Shown here: positions 1 through 7,593 of the stretch, piece by piece
Layout of the letters: each line of letters starts with the position of its first letter
How positions within the stretch are numbered: the stretch's first letter is position 1
DNA from: Candidatus Woesearchaeota archaeon
GTDB taxonomy: Archaea > Nanobdellota > Nanobdellia > Woesearchaeales > 21-14-0-10-32-9
Direction: 5' to 3'
NCBI GenBank assembly: GCA_047602735.1
Contig: JBLKOK010000004.1
Location: 13,480 to 77,479, forward strand
DNA length: 64,000 nucleotides
Program-made: the position numbers and the translations under genes
The notes under the pieces: generated by a model
Database searches by the model: none
What the model was told of the DNA's origin: nothing
The model's input: the letters and a program-made list of their open reading frames with translations, nothing else

Positions 1-517
1 ATTCAATAATTCTCAAGTTATTTTTTGACTCGTCACATGCAAGTACATATAAGAAATCTGATAGTCTATTAAAGTAAGTATATATTTCTTCTCTAACTTT
101 TTTTTCTCTTAGCCATTTTGTTAAAGAAACTTCTAATTTTCTTGTTCTAAGTCTAGCTTCATTTAAACGAGCAGCAGATTCTGTTCTAAAGCTAACAAAG
201 TGTTTTAAGTCAATACTATATTTATCTATTAACAATTCTAACTCATCTATATCTTTTTGTTTAACTTCGTCTTTTATCTTGGCGGTAGGACTTCCTCTAC
301 TAAGTTCTCCTGCAGTTTGCCAAAGTTTTGTTTGTATAGATTCTAATATTCGTATCTTAGAAGTGTCTGTGAGGCTCACAATGGCTAAATCAAGGCTTCC
401 AAGCAAAGAATCTACCAAACTAACTATTATTACTGATTCGTCATCTTTTGGCACTCTCTGGCCGTTGTAGCGAAGCGTTGTGCCCTTATCTCCAGTCTTT
501 GTGTATACTTTAACCAT
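1..517 (-). CDS. ATP:cob(I)alamin adenosyltransferase, PduO/MMAB type (C-terminal end runs off window start)
   Basis: Not in the ORF track (no stop in window). Reverse translation from ATG at 515-517 gives MVKVYTKTGDKGTTLRYNG...YFNRLSDFLYVLA. This matches the PduO-type N-terminal TKTGDKG motif and the C-terminal NRLSD helix. Confidence 0.8.
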   Translation of the reverse strand, partial: MVKVYTKTGDKGTTLRYNGQRVPKDDESVIIVSLVDSLLGSLDLAIVSLTDTSKIRILESIQTKLWQTAGELSRGSPTAKIKDEVKQKDIDELELLIDKYSIDLKHFVSFRTESAARLNEARLRTRKLEVSLTKWLREKKVREEIYTYFNRLSDFLYVLACDESKNNLRIIE

Positions 518-556
518 TACTAAAAAAAAAGATTAAGCTTATTTAATTTTTTTGAA

Positions 557-949
557 TTAATAACTCAAAACTTCAAGACCTTCTATTTGTTCAAAATCTT
601 TTTTATTCTTTGTAATTATTGTTTTTACTCCATTAGCCAAATATATTGCGGCTATTGTTGCATCTATTAAGCTTATAGTTTTGCCTTCTTTTTTTAATTT
701 CCAAAAGATATTTCTTGATAATTTAGCTGATGTTTTATCAAGTTCTAAACAGGGGTATACGTCAAATATTTTATCATAAAAAGTTTGTTCATGTTGATGT
801 TTATTATTTTTAGGGTCTATTCCTCTTATCAACTCTAAGTAGGTTAAAATATTCAAATACAAGTTTTGATTTATGCTTTGTACTAATTTTAGTGCTTTTT
901 TATCTTTTTTATAAAGATCAATTAATATTGTTGTATCTAATCCTATCAT
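557..949 (-). CDS. vapC: PIN-domain ribonuclease toxin (VapC-like)
   Basis: 130 aa with N-terminal MIGLDTTILID acidic PIN motif. It overlaps the upstream small antitoxin-like ORF by 4 nt. Confidence 0.7.
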   Translation of the reverse strand: MIGLDTTILIDLYKKDKKALKLVQSINQNLYLNILTYLELIRGIDPKNNKHQHEQTFYDKIFDVYPCLELDKTSAKLSRNIFWKLKKEGKTISLIDATIAAIYLANGVKTIITKNKKDFEQIEGLEVLSY

Positions 950-1209
950 TTTTTAAGATTTCTCTCGAATTCTTGTCTAAACTCTTTAAAAGATTGTTGT
1001 CTTTCTTTAAAATAATATTCGTCTACGTCTTCAGTACCGTATTTTTCTGCTAGTTCTGCAACGAGTAATCCGTCTTTTTTTTGCTCTTCTTTTAGTTTCA
1101 AAATAGCATCAGAAAAACTTTCATCCTCTTTTTTTATGGATTTTAGATAGTCGTATGCTTCTTTTTTTATAGATATATTAATACTACTCATATTCATATG
1201 AGTACTCAT
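946..1209 (-). CDS. vapB: VapB-type antitoxin (archaeal DUF217-like)
   Basis: 87 aa. INISIKKEAYDYLKSIKKEDESFSDAILKL resembles the archaeal antitoxin pattern IS(I/V)xxExYxxLxxxKxxxxSFSDvI. Translationally coupled to the PIN gene. Confidence 0.6.
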   Translation of the reverse strand: MSTHMNMSSINISIKKEAYDYLKSIKKEDESFSDAILKLKEEQKKDGLLVAELAEKYGTEDVDEYYFKERQQSFKEFRQEFERNLKK

Positions 1210-1257
1210 ACTATTATTTATAATTTTTTATTTCACAAAGAATATAATAAAAAGAAT

Positions 1258-1419
1258 TTACTTTTTTTCCATGTAGTCTGTTTTACCACATGTTCTTCTA
1301 TCTGAGTGCTCTGCCATAAAATATCCTTCTCCTGCTTTAGGTGAAAATTTATTTTTTCTAACAAGCTTCCCTTCTTTAACTTCGTATAATTTCCATACTT
1401 GGTAAGGTTTTTTTGCCAT
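1258..1419 (-). CDS. rps27ae: 30S ribosomal protein S27ae (eS31), cysteine-depleted zinc ribbon
   Basis: 53-aa ORF below the track cutoff: MAKKPYQVWKLYEVKEGKLVRKNKFSPKAGEGYFMAEHSDRRTCGKTDYMEKK. It shows the conserved YEVxxGKLxRK...FMAEHxDRxxCGK pattern. Its start overlaps the S24e stop, the classic S24e-S27ae pair. Confidence 0.8.
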   Translation of the reverse strand: MAKKPYQVWKLYEVKEGKLVRKNKFSPKAGEGYFMAEHSDRRTCGKTDYMEKK

Positions 1420-1808
1420 TATTCTTTTGCCTCCTCGCTTGGTTGTTCTTCAGATGCTTCTTCTTCAGCTTTTGGCTCTTCTTTTGCTTCTGGTTTTTCC
1501 TCAGCTTTTGGTTCTTCTGCTGCAGGTTCTTCTTTTTTCTTTGCATGCTTTGTTAGAACGTGTTTAAATTCAACTTCGTTCATTGCATCTTCTTTATCAT
1601 AAACAAAAACTGTAGCGATAACTTCTTTATCTCCGTAGTGATTTTCTATTTTTTTAACTACTGTTAAATCTTCTTTTGTTTTTATCTTAGAAGCAATCTT
1701 TGATTTAAGATCTACTCTACTAGGTGTACTTTGTTCGTATTTCACACTAAAAACATATTCTGTTCTTGGTAGTGCTGATTTTAATTGTGATATTTGTTTT
1801 ATTTCCAT
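1419..1808 (-). CDS. rps24e: 30S ribosomal protein S24e (eS24) with Glu/Lys/Pro/Ala-rich C-terminal tail
   Basis: 129 aa. The N-terminal about 95 aa (LPRTEYVFSVKY...TPSRVDLKSKIA...YDKEDAMNEVEFKHVLTKH) fit eS24. Operon context with spt4, rpoE and S27ae. Confidence 0.85.
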   Translation of the reverse strand: MEIKQISQLKSALPRTEYVFSVKYEQSTPSRVDLKSKIASKIKTKEDLTVVKKIENHYGDKEVIATVFVYDKEDAMNEVEFKHVLTKHAKKKEEPAAEEPKAEEKPEAKEEPKAEEEASEEQPSEEAKE

Positions 1809-1810
1809 TT

Positions 1811-2017
1811 TTATCTTACCTTTATTGCGTATTCTCCGTCGCTATCAAAGCCCATTATCTTTGCGATATCGCTTTTTTTAGAATTTAATACGTTTATTCT
1901 TCCTTGCCAACTAGTTGTTGTACCATTTATTGGCGTGTGACCTTTATGATTTGGATCATCCATGAATTTCTTTGTTTTTTTACATACTTCTCTTTTAACA
2001 GCCATTTTATTGTTCAC
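1811..2017 (-). CDS. spt4: transcription elongation factor Spt4 (RpoE''), degenerate zinc ribbon
   Basis: 68 aa. C-terminal TSWQGRINVLNSKKSDIAKIMGFDSDGEYAIKV matches the Spt4 NGN-binding region. Sits between rpoE' and S24e as in most archaea. Confidence 0.7.
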   Translation of the reverse strand: MNNKMAVKREVCKKTKKFMDDPNHKGHTPINGTTTSWQGRINVLNSKKSDIAKIMGFDSDGEYAIKVR

Positions 2018-2567
2018 CTTTTACTTTGGTTTTGTTTAAGTCTGCTTCAACCCATTCCAACTTACCAAGACCGTCTTGTCTCATTGTCAGTCCTATTTTT
2101 GGGTTTGTTAAATCTTTATATGATACAGATACTATTCTTGCTCTGCACGCATCTCCTACTTTAAGTCCTTTACCTGAATCTTTACCTTGCAATGTTTTTT
2201 CTTTACTAAAGCTTACAAAGTCGTTCATTGTTTGACTGATATGGATCATACCTTCGCTAGGTCCCATGGTCATAAATGCTCCAAAGTCAGCTATATCTCT
2301 TATGCTTCCCAGGATGACTTCTTTAACTTCTGGTAAAAATGATATTAATGTAAATTCTGCTTCATAAAAAGTTGCACCATCTCCTGGTATTATTATTCCG
2401 TCATTAATATTATTTACTTTAATAACATCTATAACTGTTCCAAGATCTTTAGATATATGTCCTTCATATTTATTCTTAATTTCTTGTATTAAAGCTAAAT
2501 CTAAGTCTAATTTGAATTTTTCTGGTGGTATTCTTATGTGGTCTTTTGCTCTTATTTTATAAAACAT
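2007..2567 (-). CDS. rpoE: DNA-directed RNA polymerase subunit E' (Rpo7)
   Basis: 186 aa. N-terminal MFYKIRAKDHIRIPPEKF, then an S1 domain (GSIRDIADFGAFMTMGPSEGMIHISQ). Confidence 0.9.
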   Translation of the reverse strand: MFYKIRAKDHIRIPPEKFKLDLDLALIQEIKNKYEGHISKDLGTVIDVIKVNNINDGIIIPGDGATFYEAEFTLISFLPEVKEVILGSIRDIADFGAFMTMGPSEGMIHISQTMNDFVSFSKEKTLQGKDSGKGLKVGDACRARIVSVSYKDLTNPKIGLTMRQDGLGKLEWVEADLNKTKVKGEQ

Positions 2568-2654
2568 TTATTTTTGCACCTCAATATTATGAGAAAAGGT
2601 TATCTATTTACAACCCCTTAGGGTTTGTGAAACTCTATTAGTTTTTAAATGTTT

Positions 2655-3062
2655 TTATGATTCAAAGTCTAAATACTTTTTTTGTTTGAGCACAATAACT
2701 TTAGCTTTTGTATTTTTTAACCTATTTTTTAGCTCCTTGTCCTGAGTACAAACAAAGCAATCCTTACTGCTAGCAAAGCTAACTATTGCGTCATCTGCAT
2801 AATCTTGTGTGTGAGTTATCACTTTAATCTTTTTTTGATGTATCATTATATAAGCAAGCTTGGCGTTAAAACCTTTCTTTTTAGCTCTGTGTTTTTCAAC
2901 AATTTTTTGAAGTTCTTTTTGTGTTGCTTCCATTATACAAAGCACATAAGATTCGTCTATTAATCTATCTATCTCACTAAATATATCGATTCCTAACTCT
3001 CCGGGTATCATCAAAAAATTAGTGTCTATTATTACTTTCTTTTTAAATAGTTTAAACATCAA
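2655..3062 (-). CDS. PIN-domain nuclease, Fcf1/Utp24-like
   Basis: 135 aa. VIIDTNFLMIPGELGIDIFSEI and CTQDKELKNRL motifs are typical of the archaeal Fcf1-type PIN protein usually found upstream of rpoE'. Confidence 0.65.
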   Translation of the reverse strand: MMFKLFKKKVIIDTNFLMIPGELGIDIFSEIDRLIDESYVLCIMEATQKELQKIVEKHRAKKKGFNAKLAYIMIHQKKIKVITHTQDYADDAIVSFASSKDCFVCTQDKELKNRLKNTKAKVIVLKQKKYLDFES

Positions 3063-3627
3063 GTATCACTCCTAATGGTCCTGGGTTTATTATTATTGTA
3101 TCGTTGATCTTATCAATTTTACCAAAATGCTCGTGTATATGGCCGCAAACAACTAGTCTGGGCTTATGTTGTGTTATTATGTTGGTGTAGCTCTCATTAC
3201 CGCAATGTCCAAAACCTACTTCGTCTAGACTAATGCCAAACGGAGGTCCGTGAAATAATATTATGGAATCTTTGGGTTTAGATTTGTCAAAAAATTTTTC
3301 TGCTTCTAAATCTTTGTGAGAAAACCCGTCTCCTCCATATCCTGCTATTTCTAAAGTCTTATACTTTATTTTTCTTTTATGTATAAATTCTAAATTTTTA
3401 AATTTTTTAATTTCTTCTTCCATTTCTTTAGGTTCTTCATGATTTCCGTGAATTAAATAACAGGGTTTGTTTAATGAATTGATCATACTAAGCAATTTAT
3501 TTAGTTTATTTCCAAACAAGGTGTAGTCTCCTGCTCCAAGTATTATTTCTGCTTGTTTAGCTTTTTCTTTTAATACTTCAAAACATTCATAATCTTCGTG
3601 TAGGTCTGCAAATACTAGTACTTTCAT
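3052..3627 (-). CDS. metallophosphoesterase (calcineurin-like, YfcE/MJ0936 class)
   Basis: 191 aa with MKVLVFADLHED, GDY, GNHE and GHIH metal-binding motifs in canonical order. Confidence 0.8.
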   Translation of the reverse strand: MKVLVFADLHEDYECFEVLKEKAKQAEIILGAGDYTLFGNKLNKLLSMINSLNKPCYLIHGNHEEPKEMEEEIKKFKNLEFIHKRKIKYKTLEIAGYGGDGFSHKDLEAEKFFDKSKPKDSIILFHGPPFGISLDEVGFGHCGNESYTNIITQHKPRLVVCGHIHEHFGKIDKINDTIIINPGPLGVILDV

Positions 3628-3933
3628 TCTTATTAGTATAATTATTTGTTTTTATATTATTTTCCTAAAACTCGTACTTTGAAACTACTAACAAATGATT
3701 AATAAGCTCGATGAAAAAATAAGGTTATTTTAAGCTTTATTTAATTAAAAAAACCTATTTTATAGTTTTTTAATATATAAAAAACTAAATTATTCATTTT
3801 AAATCTTTATTAAAACATATATTTAGTTTTATATTTAATTTTACAGAAATATTTATATATTATTTTAATTATCTAATTCATAAAAGGTTTTTTAATTTTT
3901 TTTCGGCCTTTATTTATGTTAGTTTAACTCAAA

Positions 3934-5073
3934 ATGGATTTAAATAATAAAATTGGTTTGGAAATAGAATTTTTGACTTTGGATAAGTCGTATAATGAAG
4001 TTAATGCTGCAGATATAGTTCTTGAAGTTGCAAGAGAGAATAATTTGAGATTCGTGGCTGAATGTTCTAAATGCATGGTGGAATTTAATAGTTTACCGGG
4101 TACTATTTTTGAAGTAATGAAAGATACAATTTTTCAATTAACTAAAATGAATGAGTTATTATCTGAAAAAAACATTTTACTTATGCCTATAGAATATCCT
4201 TTAAACGAGTATTTCGTTCCTCAAATAAGATCTGATTTAAGATATGATGCCAAATTACAATTATTAGGGTTTGATAAATTTAAAGTGTCTGGCCATACTG
4301 TGGCAACTCACATCCATTTTTCATTAGAAGATAATGATTATGATAAAGTTAAACAAATAAACGTGCTGCAATTTCTAGATGCATTATCTTTAGCGATTAC
4401 TTCTTCTAGTCCGAGGATTATAAAAGGGGATTATATACATAATTTGAGGGTGACTAATTATAGGTATTTTGTACATGGTGATTATCCTTTTCAAGGTGAT
4501 GCTCATGGTCTAATAAGTGATTATGAAGGTTATAATGCTTTGTTATTAGATGAGTTTAACAAATTTAAACAAAAAACGCTTTCTAAAGGTATTGACTTTG
4601 GTCAATCAATAAATCCTATTAATGCTATTTGGGGTCCTATAAGATTAAATAAGACATACAACACTGTTGAAATAAGGTCGCCTGGTGCAAATCCCAGTTT
4701 ATCTATGGTTTTTTCTCTGTGTACTTTGTTTATAGGTTTGCTTAGAAAAGTCAAATACGATGAAGAGTTTTATCTTGAGCTAAAAGATAAATTCGGGGGG
4801 GTTAATTTGTCTGAACTTGCAAAATCTGCGGCTAAAAAAGGTTTTGAAGATAAAAAAATAAGAGAATTATATGGGTTTTTATTAGAAAATGCATCTAATT
4901 ATTTGACTGAATCGGAATTTTTATTATTCTCTAATTTGAAAACACTTGTTGAGAGTGATCAAGTAAGAAAAATAATTATGGGTCCGGGGGATTCTAAATA
5001 TAAATATTGTTTATTACATAACATCTATTTAAAAGAATTGGGGGAGTTAAAGTATGAATCAATCAAAATTTAA
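3934..5073 (+). CDS. carboxylate-amine ligase, glutamate-cysteine ligase family 2 (GCS2/YbdK-like)
   Basis: 379 aa. Motifs IGLEIEFLTLD, CMVEFNSLP, ATHIHFS, LSLAITSSSPRIIKG and IWGPIRLNKTYNTVEIRSPG follow the GCS2 motif order. Confidence 0.8.
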   Translation: MDLNNKIGLEIEFLTLDKSYNEVNAADIVLEVARENNLRFVAECSKCMVEFNSLPGTIFEVMKDTIFQLTKMNELLSEKNILLMPIEYPLNEYFVPQIRSDLRYDAKLQLLGFDKFKVSGHTVATHIHFSLEDNDYDKVKQINVLQFLDALSLAITSSSPRIIKGDYIHNLRVTNYRYFVHGDYPFQGDAHGLISDYEGYNALLLDEFNKFKQKTLSKGIDFGQSINPINAIWGPIRLNKTYNTVEIRSPGANPSLSMVFSLCTLFIGLLRKVKYDEEFYLELKDKFGGVNLSELAKSAAKKGFEDKKIRELYGFLLENASNYLTESEFLLFSNLKTLVESDQVRKIIMGPGDSKYKYCLLHNIYLKELGELKYESIKI

Positions 5074-5905
5074 TTTAGGGGTTGTTTTAAGAGATAGTTT
5101 AAATAAATTAAGATATGATCCTGATCAAGAAGGAGACTATGAGTTAGTGGGTAGATTTGTAGATGGTCAAAATTATATTGATATAAATTCTCCTGATGAA
5201 ATAACTAATTCTCTTGATGCTGTTATTTTTATGCACTATCCATTTAATAAGAATTTAGCTAAGATTTTTTCTGAAAAAGAATCTGATGTATTTTTTTTAA
5301 ATTCTCCTTCTGGTGTTTTAAACACTTCCGAAAAAACTTTTGAACATTTCAACTTTTCAAAATATATGCCGGAGTCCTTATATATAAATAAAGATGTGTC
5401 TGATGAAAATATACTTGAGTTTTTCAATTCGTATGAGTCTGTAATAGTAAAGCCTATTAATGGTACGGGGGGAAAAGGGATAGATTTATACAAAAAAGGG
5501 AGTGAATTACCTGATTTAATTTCTAAATATAAATCTGAAAATTATATAGCTCAGGAGTTTATAAAAAATGAAGGTGATAAAAGAATATTGTGTTTAGGGG
5601 GGGACATTTTAGGTTATTTTGGCAGATTTAATGATTCAAATTATATTAATAATATCTCTTCTGGAGGATCTATGATTTCTGTTGATCTTTCTAAAGAAGA
5701 AGTTGATATGGCATTAGATATTTCTAACAGATTAGTTAAAGAAGGTATTTATTTTTCTGGATTAGATGTGATTGATGGCAAATTGATAGAGGTAAACACT
5801 GCTTCTCCTGGGGGGATAGATGTGGTTGAACCTTATAAATTCAAATCAAAAGACAATATGTATGACTATGCTAAACGTAAAGTTTATGATTTGTTTAAAA
5901 AATGA
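5054..5905 (+). CDS. ATP-grasp ligase, glutathione synthetase (GshB)-like
   Basis: 283 aa. Motifs SPSGVLNTSEKTF, VIVKPINGTGGKGIDLY, EFIKNEGDKRILCLGG, NNISSGGS and GLDVIDGKLIEVNTASPGG mirror prokaryotic GshB. Confidence 0.8.
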   Translation: MNQSKFNLGVVLRDSLNKLRYDPDQEGDYELVGRFVDGQNYIDINSPDEITNSLDAVIFMHYPFNKNLAKIFSEKESDVFFLNSPSGVLNTSEKTFEHFNFSKYMPESLYINKDVSDENILEFFNSYESVIVKPINGTGGKGIDLYKKGSELPDLISKYKSENYIAQEFIKNEGDKRILCLGGDILGYFGRFNDSNYINNISSGGSMISVDLSKEEVDMALDISNRLVKEGIYFSGLDVIDGKLIEVNTASPGGIDVVEPYKFKSKDNMYDYAKRKVYDLFKK

Positions 5906-7041
5906 AGGTGGATAATTCTCTTAAATTCATAATTGATTTTGATAAAAGGTTATTTGACTTTATTAATAATCAAAGATTGAACGAGCCATATTTGTTCTTG
6001 AGTCCTAATAATAGGGCAAATCAAGAATCTTTATTTTTTGAAAGATTGGCGGCGGGGGCTAGTTATGAACCTAGTTTTGAATATGATGATTTGGGGTTTG
6101 AGCAGGAAATAAATACTTTAAATTCTTTCAAAGAAGAAATAAAACTTGCAAAATTAGACGAGTTCTTCAATAAATTGAGGGGCTTTTATATTGATAAAAT
6201 AGATGAAATTATTTTATTTGCTAAATTAATAGAGTCTAGAGGTACTAATAAATTTAACAATTATTCTATACAAGCTTATGGTAGTCCTACTAAAAAAGAT
6301 TTTTTATTGGCTTTTTTTATTGCAAAGATCTATTATTATTACGGCGTGATAGGTAAATTTTTTAAAAAGAGATATTTATCTCGAGATGATATTTATCTTT
6401 ATTTTAAATCTTTTTTTTTTAAAAAAAACATGATTGGTTGGAAGTTAGAGTTTGATGATGGTTTATTATCTACTGCTGTATTAATTTCTCATGAGAAAAA
6501 AGTAGTTCTTAATGGGAGACATTCTTTTACAAAACAAGAGATAATGATGTTGATAAGACATGAATTGGGTGTTCATGCATTAAGAAATATAGAGGGGGGT
6601 AAGGTTCTTGATTTATTTGCTTTTGGTTTCGCTAAGTATGATTTTTTAGAGGAGGGTCTTGCTACTTATAAAGAGTTTGGATTTTATAATCCTTTAGATG
6701 TTTTAATAGGTCCTGCTCTAAAATTAATTGCGGTATATAAAGCAAATAATTTGAGTTTTTTTGAGACGTATAGTTATTTAAAGAAATTAACATCTAATTC
6801 TCAATTATCTTTTGATTTAACTCTGAGGGCTAAAAGAGGGACGGAATTTAATGTGGGTGCTTACACAAAGGATTTTTTATATTTTAAGGGATACACTAAA
6901 TTATTGGTTTTAACGTTGAAAAATATTTTTAATCCTTTTTTTATAAATTCTCTTTCTATAGGTAAAATAGGATTTGGTGAAATTAAAGATTTGGATTATT
7001 TGAGAAAGATAAAAAAATTAATTCTTAATAAACGTAACTAA
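5902..7041 (+). CDS. MATCAP/DUF1704-family putative zinc carboxypeptidase (QEGLA-motif protein family)
   Basis: 379 aa. HELGVH (HExxxH) is followed about 25 residues later by EEGLATY (family signature QEGLA). Overlaps the preceding ATP-grasp gene by 4 nt. Confidence 0.65.
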   Translation: MKVDNSLKFIIDFDKRLFDFINNQRLNEPYLFLSPNNRANQESLFFERLAAGASYEPSFEYDDLGFEQEINTLNSFKEEIKLAKLDEFFNKLRGFYIDKIDEIILFAKLIESRGTNKFNNYSIQAYGSPTKKDFLLAFFIAKIYYYYGVIGKFFKKRYLSRDDIYLYFKSFFFKKNMIGWKLEFDDGLLSTAVLISHEKKVVLNGRHSFTKQEIMMLIRHELGVHALRNIEGGKVLDLFAFGFAKYDFLEEGLATYKEFGFYNPLDVLIGPALKLIAVYKANNLSFFETYSYLKKLTSNSQLSFDLTLRAKRGTEFNVGAYTKDFLYFKGYTKLLVLTLKNIFNPFFINSLSIGKIGFGEIKDLDYLRKIKKLILNKRN

Positions 7042-7065
7042 TATACAAAAACGTATACAAATAGA

Positions 7066-7080
7066 AACATTTATATATTA
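7066..7080 (+). promoter_or_regulatory. BRE/TATA-like promoter element (aacaTTTATATAtta)
   Basis: TTTATATA at 7070-7077, about 25 nt upstream of ATG 7102. The same spacing recurs at many first genes of operons in this window. Confidence 0.45.
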
Positions 7081-7101
7081 TTTGTGTTATTTAGTATAAA
7101 T

Positions 7102-7515
7102 ATGGTAATATTATTTGATCAATATAACTTGCCTGAAAGTATATTTGAAATTATTTTCAGCACAGAACAGCAAGTCATAGTTGCAAACTTATTACTAGAA
7201 GAAATGAAGTTAAAAGATGGAGAGATAGGAAAGACAGAAATGTCTATGTTTGCTACAGCTCTTCATGATGGTACGCTCATAAAACCAAAAGAATCGAAAG
7301 GTTTTTCCACAAAGAAACCTGAACCAATATCGTACAATAAAAGACAGTTTTATGATAGGATATTAACGCCTATGAAAACTATGGGTATGATAGATTATGA
7401 CATGTACAAGAAAACTTACAAAATTAGCGAAAAGTTCAATAAGAATATGATGAGAATTGGACTTTTATGGCTTCAAGAATTAAGAAAGCCGCCTAAAGCT
7501 CATACATTTAAGTAA
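7102..7515 (+). CDS. hypothetical protein
   Basis: Track ORF 7084-7515 starts at GTG. The in-frame ATG at 7102 sits about 25 nt after a TATA-like box. No recognisable domain. Confidence 0.4.
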   Translation: MVILFDQYNLPESIFEIIFSTEQQVIVANLLLEEMKLKDGEIGKTEMSMFATALHDGTLIKPKESKGFSTKKPEPISYNKRQFYDRILTPMKTMGMIDYDMYKKTYKISEKFNKNMMRIGLLWLQELRKPPKAHTFK

Positions 7516-7523
7516 AAGGAGAT

Positions 7524-7590
7524 ACTCCAGGTGATTTCTAACCACCCTCCCCTTAAAAAACCTGGAGTTTTTCTTCCTTTTATTTATTTT
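7524..7590. terminator. candidate bidirectional terminator between convergent genes
   Basis: 8-bp inverted repeat ACTCCAGG (7524-7531) / CCTGGAGT (7561-7568) with a 29-nt loop, followed by a T-rich run (tttttcttccttttatttattttttttt). An oligo-T also follows the stem arm on the other strand. Confidence 0.3.
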
Positions 7591-7593
7591 TTT

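Noticed and set aside
1399-2235. Plus-strand ORFs 1399-1602, 1904-2164 and 2026-2235
   Set aside because: They are antisense to the conserved S24e, spt4 and rpoE' genes. Their translations are low-complexity (SSS/FFF/LLL) with no motifs.
3628-3933. 306-nt AT-rich divergent intergenic region as a replication origin
   Set aside because: It has many TATA-like strings, but no recognisable ORB-type repeats and no adjacent cdc6/orc1 gene. Two divergent promoters are the more economical explanation.
6411-6428. T10-A8 homopolymer pair inside the MATCAP-like gene as a frameshift or pseudogene site
   Set aside because: The reading frame is continuous through it (KSFFFKKNM), and conserved motifs lie in the same frame downstream. 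It is only a potential slippage hotspot.
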